A DNA stretch of 58,010 nt from a bacterium (GTDB taxonomy: Bacteria > Planctomycetota > Planctomycetia > Pirellulales > UBA1268), in assembly GCA_029978085.1 (NCBI GenBank), contig JAPOJV010000002.1, positions 1 to 58,010 of the forward strand, in the 5' to 3' direction. Below, in pieces: positions 17,560 to 27,761 of the stretch. Position numbers and translations under genes: made by a program. A model generated the notes under the pieces. That model worked only from the letters and a program-made list of their open reading frames with translations. It was not told the origin of the DNA and did no database searches. How positions within the stretch are numbered: the first letter of the stretch is position 1; every line of letters begins with the position of its first letter.

Positions 17560-17698
17560 GGGGCGGCCCGAAGGTGCGGCCGGGCTTGTAGCAGGCCGGT
17601 GAAATCACCTCCAGCCACGATCGGCAGACCTCCGTCGCGGCAACCTGCGAGGCCTAGGCAAGCCGCCGCCACGGCAGCCCGCGCCTGGAACGGCAGCG

Positions 17699-18034
17699 TC
17701 ACGCCTCTTCCGCAACGCTCCCCTGCCCCAGGTCTTCGACCACCGAAAATCCCTCCACGGTGAACCAGCGGGTGAACAGGCTGAAGTCCGCCGTGTCGGG
17801 CCAGCGGGTCTGATCGGGCTGCCAGGCGGCGAGCTCGCGGCGAAAGATCTCCTCGAACAGGTCTTCGACGACCTCGTCGAGTTCCTCGGGAAACTGGCAG
17901 GCCGGAATCAGATAGACCACCCGTTCGGCGATCTCCTTCCGGTCGCCGATGACCTCGTCCGTGAGGCCGGTCGTTTTCAACCAGCCGTAGAAGGACGGAT
18001 CGTGGCCGATGACGACGGCGCTGCGATTGAGCAT
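17699..18034 (-). CDS. hypothetical protein (111 aa)
   Basis: ATG 18034 (MLNRSAVVIGHDPSFYGWLK...). The upstream 25 codons of the track ORF are Arg/Cys-rich. Confidence 0.5.
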   Translation of the reverse strand: MLNRSAVVIGHDPSFYGWLKTTGLTDEVIGDRKEIAERVVYLIPACQFPEELDEVVEDLFEEIFRRELAAWQPDQTRWPDTADFSLFTRWFTVEGFSVVEDLGQGSVAEEA

Positions 18035-18125
18035 GGGTGCACGGCGGCCTGAAGAGCAGCAGCGTGATGCCCCGATTCCCACTCGCCGCGGTCCTGCGCG
18101 CCGAGCCACACCACAATCCTATGCG

Positions 18126-18827
18126 TCAGGACTGCGGAAGTCCCGCGTTGGCCAGCGGGCAGGTCGGGGGAATGGGCTCCCCCCGCCGATACCGTTGCAG
18201 CAGTTCCTGGGAACGCTGGGCCAACATCCGTCGCACCTCCCGGCGTTTCCCTTTGACGCGGGGGATCTTCATCGAGTCGTAGCCGGTCGTCTGGTGCCGC
18301 ATCCACGCGATGACGGCCGCTTCCGCCCGCCGCTCGATCGGGATTCGCCGCGTGCGGGCCACGGTGCCGCTGCCGACGGGCGTCGCATGGTCGGCGACGG
18401 CCCGGGCCAGTTTCCGGGCCAGTTCCCCATGCCGCTCGTGGAACGCCAGAAACGACACCACCGCGGCCTGAAAGTCCTCGACATAGGCCGTCTGCTGGGC
18501 CTCGCGGCGTCGGCCATCGGCCTCCCGGCGGCGGGCATAGGTCTCGGTCGACCGCTCGGCGGTCAGTTCGTGCCGAATCCGCTCGATCGTTTCCTGCGGA
18601 GCCCAGACTCCACGGGAGAACACCTTGCGGCCGATCTTCTCCTGCACGAGCCAATGGTCCCCGGCTGCTTTCACCCGGCGAGTCAGGGCGGCGTCGCCGG
18701 GAGGGAGCAGGATCCAGCCGGACGGAACGGGAAGCGTCTGGCCGCCGGGCGTGCGCACCGTGCGGAGAGAGGGGCCTGGGAGATAGGTTTGCGAGGGCAT
18801 GTCCTTGGTATCGGCACGAACAGCCAT
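18126..18827 (-). CDS. DUF2293-like protein
   Basis: C-terminal half (…ATPVGSGTVARTRRIPIERRAEAAVIAWMRHQTTGYDSMKIPRVKGKRREVRR…) matches my recollection of DUF2293. Start is ATG 18827 or 18800. The upstream part of the track ORF overlaps the GIY-YIG gene on the opposite strand. Confidence 0.55.
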   Translation of the reverse strand: MAVRADTKDMPSQTYLPGPSLRTVRTPGGQTLPVPSGWILLPPGDAALTRRVKAAGDHWLVQEKIGRKVFSRGVWAPQETIERIRHELTAERSTETYARRREADGRRREAQQTAYVEDFQAAVVSFLAFHERHGELARKLARAVADHATPVGSGTVARTRRIPIERRAEAAVIAWMRHQTTGYDSMKIPRVKGKRREVRRMLAQRSQELLQRYRRGEPIPPTCPLANAGLPQS

Positions 18828-18920
18828 GGGGAAAAAGCCCGCCGCTCTGACCACCGGAGCCTCGGTCGGGCCATCGGCCAGCGACACGTCGATTCCGTCG
18901 AGACACTGAGCGAGAACCCC

Positions 18921-19172
18921 ATGCCCTGGACCGTGTACATGCTTCGCTGCCGCGACGGCTCGCTCTACACGGGCATCACGAACGATCTGCCCAAGCGGCT
19001 GACGATGCACGCCGCCGGCAAGGCCTCCAAATACACCCGCAGCCGGCTCCCCGTGCGGCTGGCCTACCAAGAGTCCAGGCGGTCGAAATCCGCGGCGCTG
19101 AAACGGGAGGCAGCACTCAAACGGCTGCCCCGACGGGCCAAGCTCGAACTGGTCGGCACGACACAGCCGTAA
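18921..19172 (+). CDS. GIY-YIG nuclease family protein (UPF0213-like, 83 aa)
   Basis: WTVYMLRCRDGSLYTGITNDL.KRL..H and the later RE..LK pattern. Confidence 0.8.
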   Translation: MPWTVYMLRCRDGSLYTGITNDLPKRLTMHAAGKASKYTRSRLPVRLAYQESRRSKSAALKREAALKRLPRRAKLELVGTTQP

Positions 19173-19328
19173 CGAGACCTGGCCAGCACGCGTGTCGGTC
19201 TCTTCGGGGCTGATCAATCTCCAGATCTTCATGCTGCTGACTTGCCCTGCGTCCGCTCGCGTCTAGCGTTCCGAGGTCACTGATCGTCGAGCCGTTCTCT
19301 TCATCTCATCCCTCCCCGGAGTTCAACC

Positions 19329-19901
19329 ATGCGTGCTTCACGTGCTCTGCCATACCTGGCTGTGGCCTGTGCCACGATCGCGACATCCCCCACTGGTTTG
19401 TCCGCCCCATGCAAGGGTTCTGGCAATGCCGTCATTCAGCCCCACCGGACCCATGTGGTGCGGCAGGTTGCCTATGCCGAGACACCCAAGGACATCGTCG
19501 ACACGGCGGTGGGAGCGGGCACATTCAAGACCCTGGCGGCGGCGCTGGGTGCGGCCGAACTCGTCGCGACACTCAAGGGGGACGGTCCCTTCACGGTCTT
19601 CGCCCCGACCGACGAGGCCTTCGCCAAACTCCCGGCTGGGACGGTCGAGAATCTGCTGAAGCCTGAAAACAAGGAGAAGCTGAAGGAAATCCTTCTGCTC
19701 CATGTGGTTCCTGGCACCGTCTACGCGGCGGACGTCGTGAAACTCACCGAGGCCAAGACGGCTGGCGGCAAGGTCGTCAAGGTATCGACGGAGGGGGGCG
19801 TGAAAGTCGGCACCACGACCGGACTCGCCAACGTCATCAAGACCGACATCAAGGCGAAGAATGGTGTGATCCACGTCATCGACGCCGTCATCCTGCCGTA
19901 G
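19329..19901 (+). CDS. fasciclin (FAS1) domain protein, exported
   Basis: GGAG upstream. Signal peptide. FAS1 motifs [21 protein letters not shown] and [13 protein letters not shown]. Confidence 0.88.
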   Translation: MRASRALPYLAVACATIATSPTGLSAPCKGSGNAVIQPHRTHVVRQVAYAETPKDIVDTAVGAGTFKTLAAALGAAELVATLKGDGPFTVFAPTDEAFAKLPAGTVENLLKPENKEKLKEILLLHVVPGTVYAADVVKLTEAKTAGGKVVKVSTEGGVKVGTTTGLANVIKTDIKAKNGVIHVIDAVILP

Positions 19902-19934
19902 TCAGTGTCGGCAACGACATCGATTTCTGTTCCG

Positions 19935-19968
19935 ACCCCGCAGGCGTTACACCCTGCGGGGTTTTTTT
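19935..19968 (+). terminator. Rho-independent terminator of the fasciclin gene
   Basis: 10-bp stem ACCCCGCAGG / CCTGCGGGGT, 8-nt loop, then T7 (19962-19968). Confidence 0.85.
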
Positions 19969-20000
19969 CACCGGGCTCTGCGGCTGTGATCAAGAGCCAC

Positions 20001-20231
20001 TTACGGCTCACTCTGCGCGATAGCCTGCCATTCGCCGCACCAATCGCCTTCACGAGTGTGCGGCCACAATCCGACGTGCACAAGTTTGTCGTCCTGGATC
20101 GGCGGCATCGTCGGCGGCATGCGACGGCACTGCCCCCAGCCGACGAACTTTTCGCCTGCCTTCTCGGCTCGCCAATGCAGGCATGTGCCGCAGGTCTGGC
20201 CGGAGACAAGGGGTGCATCTGGAGCATTCAT
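20001..20231 (-). CDS. small Cys-containing hypothetical protein (76 aa)
   Basis: ATG 20231 (MNAPDAPLVSGQTCGTCLHWRAEKAGEKFVGWGQCRR...DWCGEW). The upstream part of the track ORF is Arg-rich. Confidence 0.45.
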   Translation of the reverse strand: MNAPDAPLVSGQTCGTCLHWRAEKAGEKFVGWGQCRRMPPTMPPIQDDKLVHVGLWPHTREGDWCGEWQAIAQSEP

Positions 20232-20344
20232 GACGTCAGTAGTGTAGTACGGGATGTCGATTTCATGGCATCGATCAGCGGATAGACTGGCGAACTGGAA
20301 CCTCCGAACTCTCCTCCCCGAACTCTCCACGCAGGGCAGCAGCC

Positions 20345-20764
20345 ATGGGCGACGACGCCCCCTCGCCTTTCCCCTCGGCTGCTGACCTCGAACGGCAGCA
20401 TGGGATTCCGGCCGACGCCTACTGTGGCCTGACCCCCGAGGATATGAGCCGAGCGATCGTGGCCTTCGGCTCGGGCCCACGCAGGTCGGGCAGGCCGATC
20501 GGCTATCTGCCCGTGGGCTCAGAGGAGACTCGGCTGGGCTGGCTCCGCGAAGAGTTCGGGCCCGACGCAGACATCGAGCGAATCCGCCTTCAGGAACAGT
20601 TTTTCGGCAGCCGTGTAAGCCGAGCCCTGAACCTCGACTGGATGCTGCCGAACGACGCGTTTGACCGCATGGTCATGGAGGGTCTGCGGCAACACTTTCC
20701 GGAACTTACGGAGGACGCCCGGCAAGTCATCGCAGGAAACTACTCCTACAGCCACGCGAAGTGA
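20345..20764 (+). CDS. hypothetical protein (139 aa)
   Basis: ATG-started ORF with protein-like composition. No motif recognised. Confidence 0.55.
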   Translation: MGDDAPSPFPSAADLERQHGIPADAYCGLTPEDMSRAIVAFGSGPRRSGRPIGYLPVGSEETRLGWLREEFGPDADIERIRLQEQFFGSRVSRALNLDWMLPNDAFDRMVMEGLRQHFPELTEDARQVIAGNYSYSHAK

Positions 20765-20789
20765 GCTTCCCCTGAGCAGGGTCGTATCC

Positions 20790-21224
20790 ATGGCCGACAC
20801 GTTCTTTCAAGCGACCAACACTTTGGCCCTTCTGGCCTGGATCATGCTGGTGCTCGTTCCTGGAAAGAGACTGGTCTCGGGTGTGCTGTGCGCGGTCATC
20901 GTGCCCGCCGCACTGGCTCTGGCCTACACAGGCGTCATCGGCTGGAAGCTGGCCACGAACGGCCCGCCGCCGGGCGACGTCATGACGCTCGCGGGACTGC
21001 GGGAAGTATTCAGTGACGACTGGGTGTTTGCGGCAGCCTGGACCCATTACCTCGTGTTCGACATGGTCGTCGGCGCTTGGATCGCCAGGGACAGCGTGAA
21101 ACGTGGCATGCCTTGGGTGCTCAGGACCTTGGCACTCGTGCTCACATTTCTGGCCGGCCCCGTCGGGTTTCTCATCCATGTCGTTGGGCGGGGCGTTCTC
21201 CGACGCACAGGGAGCGTCGAGTAG
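20790..21224 (+). CDS. ABA4-like / DUF4281 membrane protein
   Basis: ATG 20790. Four hydrophobic helices. The pattern FF...N.LAL..W..L...P......DDW.F.AAW.HYL.FD...G.WI matches DUF4281 as I recall it. Confidence 0.6.
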   Translation: MADTFFQATNTLALLAWIMLVLVPGKRLVSGVLCAVIVPAALALAYTGVIGWKLATNGPPPGDVMTLAGLREVFSDDWVFAAAWTHYLVFDMVVGAWIARDSVKRGMPWVLRTLALVLTFLAGPVGFLIHVVGRGVLRRTGSVE

Positions 21225-21263
21225 CGACACCGAGTCCAAGGGGGCGTATTCGGACGACCAACC

Positions 21264-22019
21264 ATGAGCACAACACCGAACAGAGGCCACGATCCACAGC
21301 ACGCCCCTGAAGAAGCCGCCCGGTGGTTCAACCAGTGGCACGTCTATCGCTCGATCGTGGACGCCGACTGGATGGCTCACCGGGGCATCTTCTCTGCCAT
21401 CAGGGACTGGGTGCTCATGCGGCATCCGGGGCCGTTCACGCTGGCCGACCTCGGCTGTGGCGATGCCGGGTTCATCAAGCCCACGTTCGACGGGACTGGA
21501 CTCTGGGCATACATGGGAGTCGACGCATCGGAGGCAGCACTGAGAGAAGCCCGGGATCAGCTCGCCGGCGCGCGGTTCACTGCCGAGCTGCTCGAGAGCG
21601 ATCTGCTGACCTTCCTGAGGGGAGACGTGGGGCCAGCTGCCCAGACGTTCGACATCATCCTCGCGAGCTACGCAGTGCACCACCTGCCTGCCCCGGAGAA
21701 GCAGGAGTTCTTCCGGCTGGCCCACGAAAGACTGCGTTCCCGGGGCTCTCTGCTGTTCGCCGATGTGTTCCGGCGGGACGGCGAGTCTCGGGAGGACTAC
21801 CTGGGCCGCTACGTGGGCATGATGCGACAGGCGTGGACGGGCATGCCGCCGGAGCACGTGGCGAGCACGGTCGAGCACGTCGTCCAGAGGGATTTTCCGG
21901 AGTCCGGCGAGACGATCTCAGGGATGGCCCGTGAGGCCGGATTTCGCGAGCCCCCCAGGGAGCTCTTTCGGGATGCCACGGAGTTCCACCGACTCGTGGC
22001 GTTCACGAAGGAGGCGTGA
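21264..22019 (+). CDS. class I SAM-dependent methyltransferase
   Basis: Motif I LADLGCGDAGF and post-I acidic residue. FDIILASYAVHHL. Confidence 0.8.
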   Translation: MSTTPNRGHDPQHAPEEAARWFNQWHVYRSIVDADWMAHRGIFSAIRDWVLMRHPGPFTLADLGCGDAGFIKPTFDGTGLWAYMGVDASEAALREARDQLAGARFTAELLESDLLTFLRGDVGPAAQTFDIILASYAVHHLPAPEKQEFFRLAHERLRSRGSLLFADVFRRDGESREDYLGRYVGMMRQAWTGMPPEHVASTVEHVVQRDFPESGETISGMAREAGFREPPRELFRDATEFHRLVAFTKEA

Positions 22020-22025
22020 GCGGCC

Positions 22026-22529
22026 TCAGGGCGGGGGGAAGATCTCGGGAATCTCGTCGGCTCGCGGCCGAAGCAGCGTCACCAGCACCGAAGAGTCGGC
22101 GATGCCCTTGAGGGAATGCAGCTCCTTGGGGCACAGGTGCACCAGATCGCCGGGCCGGAGTTCCATGTCGTGCCCGTCGTGGCTGAAGGCGACATGGCCT
22201 TCGAGGCAGTGCACGGTGATCTCGCCGGGAGCCCTGTGCGGAGGAATTTGTTTGCCTGCCGGGATGACAAGGCGGATCAGCTCAAGGCCGGTGGACTTCA
22301 GCACCGTCGTCGATCTGGCTCCGCGAATGGCCGGCCCCAGCGGCAGATGAAGAATCCGATCCGGCGCGGGACAGACTTCGATCGTCATGGGTGTCTCGTG
22401 CAGTGACGCATCTGCGGTGCGGAATTCGACGACATTCGCGGGGGTATCGCACGGCACGGGAGAAGGCGGCCCGCCTTCGTTCACTTCGGCTTCGATCATG
22501 GCTGCGACGTCTCCGTTGGATTCGGGCAT
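22026..22529 (-). CDS. cupin domain protein
   Basis: Cupin motifs G.QIPPHRAPGEITVHCLEG and GDLVHLCPKELHSL. Confidence 0.8.
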   Translation of the reverse strand: MPESNGDVAAMIEAEVNEGGPPSPVPCDTPANVVEFRTADASLHETPMTIEVCPAPDRILHLPLGPAIRGARSTTVLKSTGLELIRLVIPAGKQIPPHRAPGEITVHCLEGHVAFSHDGHDMELRPGDLVHLCPKELHSLKGIADSSVLVTLLRPRADEIPEIFPPP

Positions 22530-22564
22530 GGCTTTCGCGCCTCAGGAGTCTGCTTGCACGTTGA

Positions 22565-22888
<324 letters not shown>

Positions 22889-23134
22889 ACGCCTACCACG
22901 ATGAGGACGAGAACTGGGACGACGAAGAGACTGATCTCGGCGATGAGTCCGACGAGGAGCCGACCCGCGAAAGATTCTCTCCCTGAACCCAGGCACGTCG
23001 CACATACCTGATGGTGAGCCACTTGCACGGCCGCCATGACCTGCCGGTAATTCCGGGGCAAGCGTTGGAGCGGAGCGGGGGTGGCCCGCCGGGCAATCAC
23101 CTGCCCGGCGAGCCCCACAGGGGCTTTCTTCGCT

Positions 23135-23536
23135 TCACATTGCCAACAACGCCCGGCACGCATCCTCGCACTTCTTACATGCCTCGGCACACTTCTTGGC
23201 GTGCGGCATGTCAACGCACGTGTTGCACTCAGCCGCGCACTGCTTGCACGCCTCTTCGCAGACCTTGCACATTTCCTTCGCCAGCGGCGAGTCGTACTCC
23301 ATCATTGCTACGCAGGCCCGGCACGTCTCGATGCAGGTCAGGCAAGTCTTGTCGCATGCCGGGCAGCCGCCATGGATCAGGCACTCCCGGCACGCCCGCA
23401 AGCACTCATTGCACGCCTTGATGCAGTTTTCCTTCGCAGTGGGGTCCATTTTGGTGTCGGCAGCCTGTGTCGATGCCCCAAAGAGCGACAGGCCAAGGCA
23501 CAGGATCAGTGACGCAATCAACGAAACGCGGTTCAT
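23135..23536 (-). CDS. exported four-helix-bundle Cys-rich copper-binding protein (DUF326 / Csp-like)
   Basis: GGAG upstream. Signal peptide MNRVSLIASLILCLGLSLFGASTQA. 21 Cys in about 106 mature residues, in CxxxC / CxxC helical spacing. Confidence 0.75.
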   Translation of the reverse strand: MNRVSLIASLILCLGLSLFGASTQAADTKMDPTAKENCIKACNECLRACRECLIHGGCPACDKTCLTCIETCRACVAMMEYDSPLAKEMCKVCEEACKQCAAECNTCVDMPHAKKCAEACKKCEDACRALLAM

Positions 23537-23653
23537 AGTTGGTTCTCCAGAATCACGAAAAAGAGGGCCATCACAACGTCAAGCCACCAGAGCCTGAAAC
23601 AGACGCCGCGAATGCAGCCTACCGATCAGCGGCATATGCTCGCCGCTCGCACA

Positions 23654-24226
23654 TCACTTCTCGCCGGGTTGTTTCTCACCCAGCCGCTTCATCAGCGCGT
23701 CGTGCTCGGAGATCGCTTTGCCCAAAGCCTCGTCGATCGTCTGGCAGCACGCCATGGCGGCTTTCGCATCGACGTTGTCTTCCATACAGCAACTGCAGAG
23801 GGTCGTATGATTCTGCTTTGCCGCGGCGAGGTTGCGGTCGATGCTGTCCAAAGCGGCCAATGTTTCCTTGTCCTTGCCCGCCTCGGCCTGCCTCCGCATC
23901 CATGCAAGATGCCGCTCGGATTTCGTGATGTAGTCGCCGATTTCGTCCGCCGCCGCCTGGGCAATCTGAGGACTGACGACGACTACACCAGGTGACTCCC
24001 TGACGACTACTTCGCCGGTTACGAGGGGGACAGGCACAGGCTGCGTGCCGCGAATGTACTCCCTGAAGGAACCCGTCGATTCCCGAGCCCCACGCATCGC
24101 ACTTCTGGCGCCACGGCCGTAGAAATTGAACTTTCCCCGGGCTTTTGCTTCGGAGGACGGCTGTGCCACAACCGTACTGGCACTCAAGGCGACGATGGCC
24201 AGAAGAATCGCAGCAAGAACTTTCAC
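23654..24226 (-). CDS. exported hypothetical protein with C-terminal Cys cluster
   Basis: GTG 24226 with GGAG 8 nt upstream. Signal peptide (KVLAAILLAIVALSASTVVA). C-terminal LCSCCMEDNVDAKAAMACCQ. Confidence 0.55.
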   Translation of the reverse strand: MKVLAAILLAIVALSASTVVAQPSSEAKARGKFNFYGRGARSAMRGARESTGSFREYIRGTQPVPVPLVTGEVVVRESPGVVVVSPQIAQAAADEIGDYITKSERHLAWMRRQAEAGKDKETLAALDSIDRNLAAAKQNHTTLCSCCMEDNVDAKAAMACCQTIDEALGKAISEHDALMKRLGEKQPGEK

Positions 24227-24472
24227 GGCATGTACTCCACGGTAGAGAAAGGATCTCCGCTTCCGTGCAGGTGCTTTGTACGGCGAGACCGAGGCAATGT
24301 GGTCGCTTTCCGGCTCTGGCCGGGGATGGCCTCGCTCTTTCGCACTCGACACTTGGTCAACCGGCACGACGGTAGGCCTGGAGCCGCCCCGGCAGCGAGA
24401 ACCGCTCCAAGAAGACGCGGGCAGGTGGTGACTCTCTCCCGGAGCTTCTTCCAGCCGGATTGCGCTGCCCAC

Positions 24473-24832
24473 TCACTCCCCGATGTCTTCAGCCCACAGC
24501 CTGGGGTTCCGCTCCATGAACTCCTGCATGAGGGCGATGCACTCGGGGTCGTGCCGGACGTCGAGCAGAACGCCGTGAGATTCAAGCCACTTTTCCTCGC
24601 CCATGAACGACGTGTTTTCGCCGATCACGACCTTCGGATTCTTGTAGAGCACGATCGCCCCGCTGCACATCGAGCATGGCGAGAGCGTCGTGTAGAGCGT
24701 GCACTCCCGGTAGAACGCCGCAGGCTTCCGCCCGACGCGCTCCTGGGCGTCCATCTCGGCGTGCAGGATGGCGCTGCCGCTCTGGACCCGCCGGTTGTGC
24801 CCCCGGCCGACGATCTGGCCCGCGTGCACCAC
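24473..24832 (-). CDS. Fcy1-type cytosine deaminase (CDA fold); annotated from the first canonical start, with homology continuing upstream
   Basis: HAE...PCSMC zinc motifs. LYTTLSPCSMCSGAI, VVIGEN and the C-terminal WAEDIGE closely resemble yeast-type cytosine deaminase. The conserved N-terminal helix (EFLHAAIKEARQGLSQGGIPIGS) lies upstream of GTG 24832. Confidence 0.75.
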   Translation of the reverse strand: MVHAGQIVGRGHNRRVQSGSAILHAEMDAQERVGRKPAAFYRECTLYTTLSPCSMCSGAIVLYKNPKVVIGENTSFMGEEKWLESHGVLLDVRHDPECIALMQEFMERNPRLWAEDIGE

Positions 24833-25102
24833 GACGGAGCCGATGGGAATCCCGCCCTGGGAAAGCCCCTGACGGGCTTCTTTGATCGCGGCGTGCAGAA
24901 ACTCGTTCGGCGGCGACGCTCAGGGCAACTCAGTTTGGGCGGGTGGGCGTGTATTCGCGGATGGAGTCAGGTAGCAGCGGGCGAGGCAGGCGGGTGGTGC
25001 GGGAGCCGCGGGGTGTGTCGCGTGGACCGCAGCAGTCGCCGGTGATACGTCCGCCCGCTGCATGTCCGCCAACGGCATGCCCACCCGCTGGGGAGCGACT
25101 CT

Positions 25103-25975
25103 TTACCGGTGCGCCGCATCGAGTGCGCTGATGAACAGCGACGGTTCGGGGCGCACCCTATAGTCGTCGGTCTGGTCGCTGAAAACGATTGTCCCGGATT
25201 CGTTGATGACGATCACCGTGGGAAACACCGTGTCGGCTTCGTAACCAAGTTGGGTCACGCCAGGCGGCACGCCCCCATCGTGGCGGATTCCGAGGGACGC
25301 CGCCGCGGCGGCAGCGGGATCCGTTAGGTAACGAAAGGCCACTCCGAACCTCTCGGCGAGCGCGCGGGTCTCGTCTAAGGGTTGAGGGGAAATGAGCGCA
25401 ACCTCGATGCCCCGCGCGGCCAATGACTGGTATTCAGCGGCGAGTTCGCGCACCTGCGCCACGCACAGTGGACACCAGTTGCCACGAATGAACACGAAGG
25501 CCGTTGGCTGCCCGAGGAAGGACTCAGAACTCACCGGCGTTCCGTCGACGTCGAGGACTTTGAAATGCGGCAATCGAGCGCCGACCTCCAGAACGGCCTG
25601 CCGTTCCCGGTCAAGCCGCGTGTACCAACGCGCGTAGAACTGAGTGCTCAGCAGGCCGAGGATCGCGATCGCTGCCGGCCAGCCCGTGCCGGCGAGCAAC
25701 GATGCCCCTACCGCTGTCGCCGCGGCCACCGACGCAAGCGCGGTCATCGCCGTGAGATTCCGTGAGGTCCGACCCTTTCGGAGGCCGAAGAAACTCACGA
25801 GCTGAAACGGCAGAGCCGCAGTGGCGAGCGCAGCGCCGAGCCAGGCGAACGCGTGCAGTCCACCGCCACCGGTCACCGCCAGGGCCGTCGCGCCGACGGT
25901 GGCGAGCACATCGAAACCGACAGCCGGCACGATCGACCAACGCTTTACGTGGCGGTGCAGCCGCGATTGGGTCAT
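25103..25975 (-). CDS. membrane-anchored peroxiredoxin/AhpC-TSA (redoxin) family protein
   Basis: ATG 25975. Four N-terminal TM helices, then a thioredoxin-fold block with FIRGNWCPLCVAQ. Confidence 0.8.
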   Translation of the reverse strand: MTQSRLHRHVKRWSIVPAVGFDVLATVGATALAVTGGGGLHAFAWLGAALATAALPFQLVSFFGLRKGRTSRNLTAMTALASVAAATAVGASLLAGTGWPAAIAILGLLSTQFYARWYTRLDRERQAVLEVGARLPHFKVLDVDGTPVSSESFLGQPTAFVFIRGNWCPLCVAQVRELAAEYQSLAARGIEVALISPQPLDETRALAERFGVAFRYLTDPAAAAAASLGIRHDGGVPPGVTQLGYEADTVFPTVIVINESGTIVFSDQTDDYRVRPEPSLFISALDAAHR

Positions 25976-26224
25976 CGAGATTTTCCTTGGGACGGGGATG
26001 GGACTACAACGGCGACTATGCCATGTTATACGGCCCCCACTCGAGCACTGCGCGCCTCCGCCCTGCTTTCCCATAGCGCGCCCTCTGCCTGCCGATGGGA
26101 TGATGCGGCCCCCAGACAAGGAGGCCGCATGGATGCCCCCGAACGGAAGCGTGGCGATCGGCGCAGGCCTGGCCGAATAAAAGGGACGCGAGACCGGAAG
26201 TCACTGCACCGTTCGCATGGAGTT

Positions 26225-26682
26225 CTAGGGCCCGAAAGCCCGCAGCAGCGCCGCCAGCGGCTCCGGATCCGTGAGCCGATGATCCCGGCCGACCTTGATC
26301 AGGCTCGACTCCGGCACGCCTGAGTTTACGAGCAGTTTAACCGAGTCTTCGAACGGCACGACGTCGTCGGCCCGTGAGTGCAGGATCAGCGTTCCATGCT
26401 TCACAGTCTTGGCCTCGCCCCATTTCTTCCAGGCGGGGCAGACCAGGACGAGGCGGGCATCTTCAGAATCCAGATTCACAGCTACGGCTCCCCCACGGCT
26501 CGATCGACCACGACGTCGGGCTGGTGCTGATCGAAGGCCGCCTGGGCCGTTCGGAACGCCGCCTGGAAGCCCTCGTGATCAAGGGCGGGCTCGACGACCT
26601 CGTGGCCGTGAGACTCGAGGTGCGCGGGCTTCACGCCACCGACAACGGAGTTCCAAGGCAGGCCACTGGCGTGTCTCGTGCC
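26225..26682 (-). pseudogene. alpha/beta hydrolase gene disrupted by a 1-nt frameshift
   Basis: One frame holds the N-terminal part (…LPWNSVVGGVKPAHLESHGHEVVEPALDHEGFQAAFRTAQAAFDQHQPDVVV) and stops at 26482-26484. The -1 frame holds SSRGGAVAVNLDSEDARLVLVCPAW…GRDHRL. The GxSxG elbow is split at about 26504-26506. Confidence 0.65.
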
Positions 26683-27761
26683 TAAATTCCCGCCACTTCA
26701 CCGGCATATTCATTGAGCGCAAAATAGCTCTCAGCCGTCCTCGCTCCGGCTCTTCTCGCCGCTGCCTTCTCTCCGCGGCACGTCCGTCTCACCTCGGCGC
26801 TCACCGTCTGCACTGCCAAGGACCCCGCATGCAAATCCACGTCACCTTCGTCCCCATTCCGCCACCCGCATTCACCCGTCCCGATCCACCCATTGTCTTT
26901 CACTACACGACCAGCTCGAAGCTCCGGCCCGGAGCTGCCAAGGCTGGCTGGCTCGTGACTCCAACCGTGGCGGCGAAAAACAGGACGGCGGAGAGAGGTA
27001 GTCGGGGCATGATTCTGGGGCTCCGTTCGGGGGCGGTCATTCCGGCTCTCTCTTCAACGGCCCACCGGCTCACAAGTTTCTGCGTTAAGAGTGCGGGGGA
27101 AGGGCGTAACGCTTGATACCGGGTTTTCCCAGGCAGGCCCCCAGGCCCTGACCCGGAAATCAGCCGTATCGAGTCGGCGTCGCCCGCGGATCGCTGGGTT
27201 CGCCCCTACACCGGCCTTCGCGTTGGCTTTCGCCGACGACTTGCCGATCTAGACGGCCACTGCAGCAAGCCCAGGCGTTCGCGAGAGCCGTATGTTGCAC
27301 CACGTCACTGCGATTGCGGGCATGAACACTGGCACTGGAGCCGAAAAACTGGCGACGCGACGAAACGTGTTCATGTTCGGTGTCGCTACAGAGCTTCTTT
27401 TCTGGCAGCTGAAAATGAAGCCCGCAGGCGTTGCGAACGTAACACACTCGTCGCCTAGGCTCAGCTACAGCCGGGCACCGGGCAGCGAGGTTCGGGGGTA
27501 CCTGGACTGCATTCTGAGCCCTCGGGACCGGCGCGCGGTTCTGACTGACGCCGAAGACGCGCCGGACCAATACGGGCTCTACAGCGCACGCTACGCGCGC
27601 TGGTGAGGGCTCGGCCGCGACCGGCTCGTCACGCGGACCGACCGTGCAGCGACAATGACGAGGTTGTCGAGTAGCTGCGCCGCCATTCACGCCCCTGCCC
27701 CGCCAACACACTGCCTCCGGCCAACCTGCGGCGAACCCTGGGCAACCCTGCGGCTCACCCT

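Noticed and set aside
19173-19328. Search for an att-type direct repeat of the tRNA-Ser 3' end at the proposed left island border
   Set aside because: Only a trivial resemblance was seen (CCCTCCCCGGAG versus the tRNA ACCCTCCGGGG). No convincing repeat was found by eye, so the border stays compositional.
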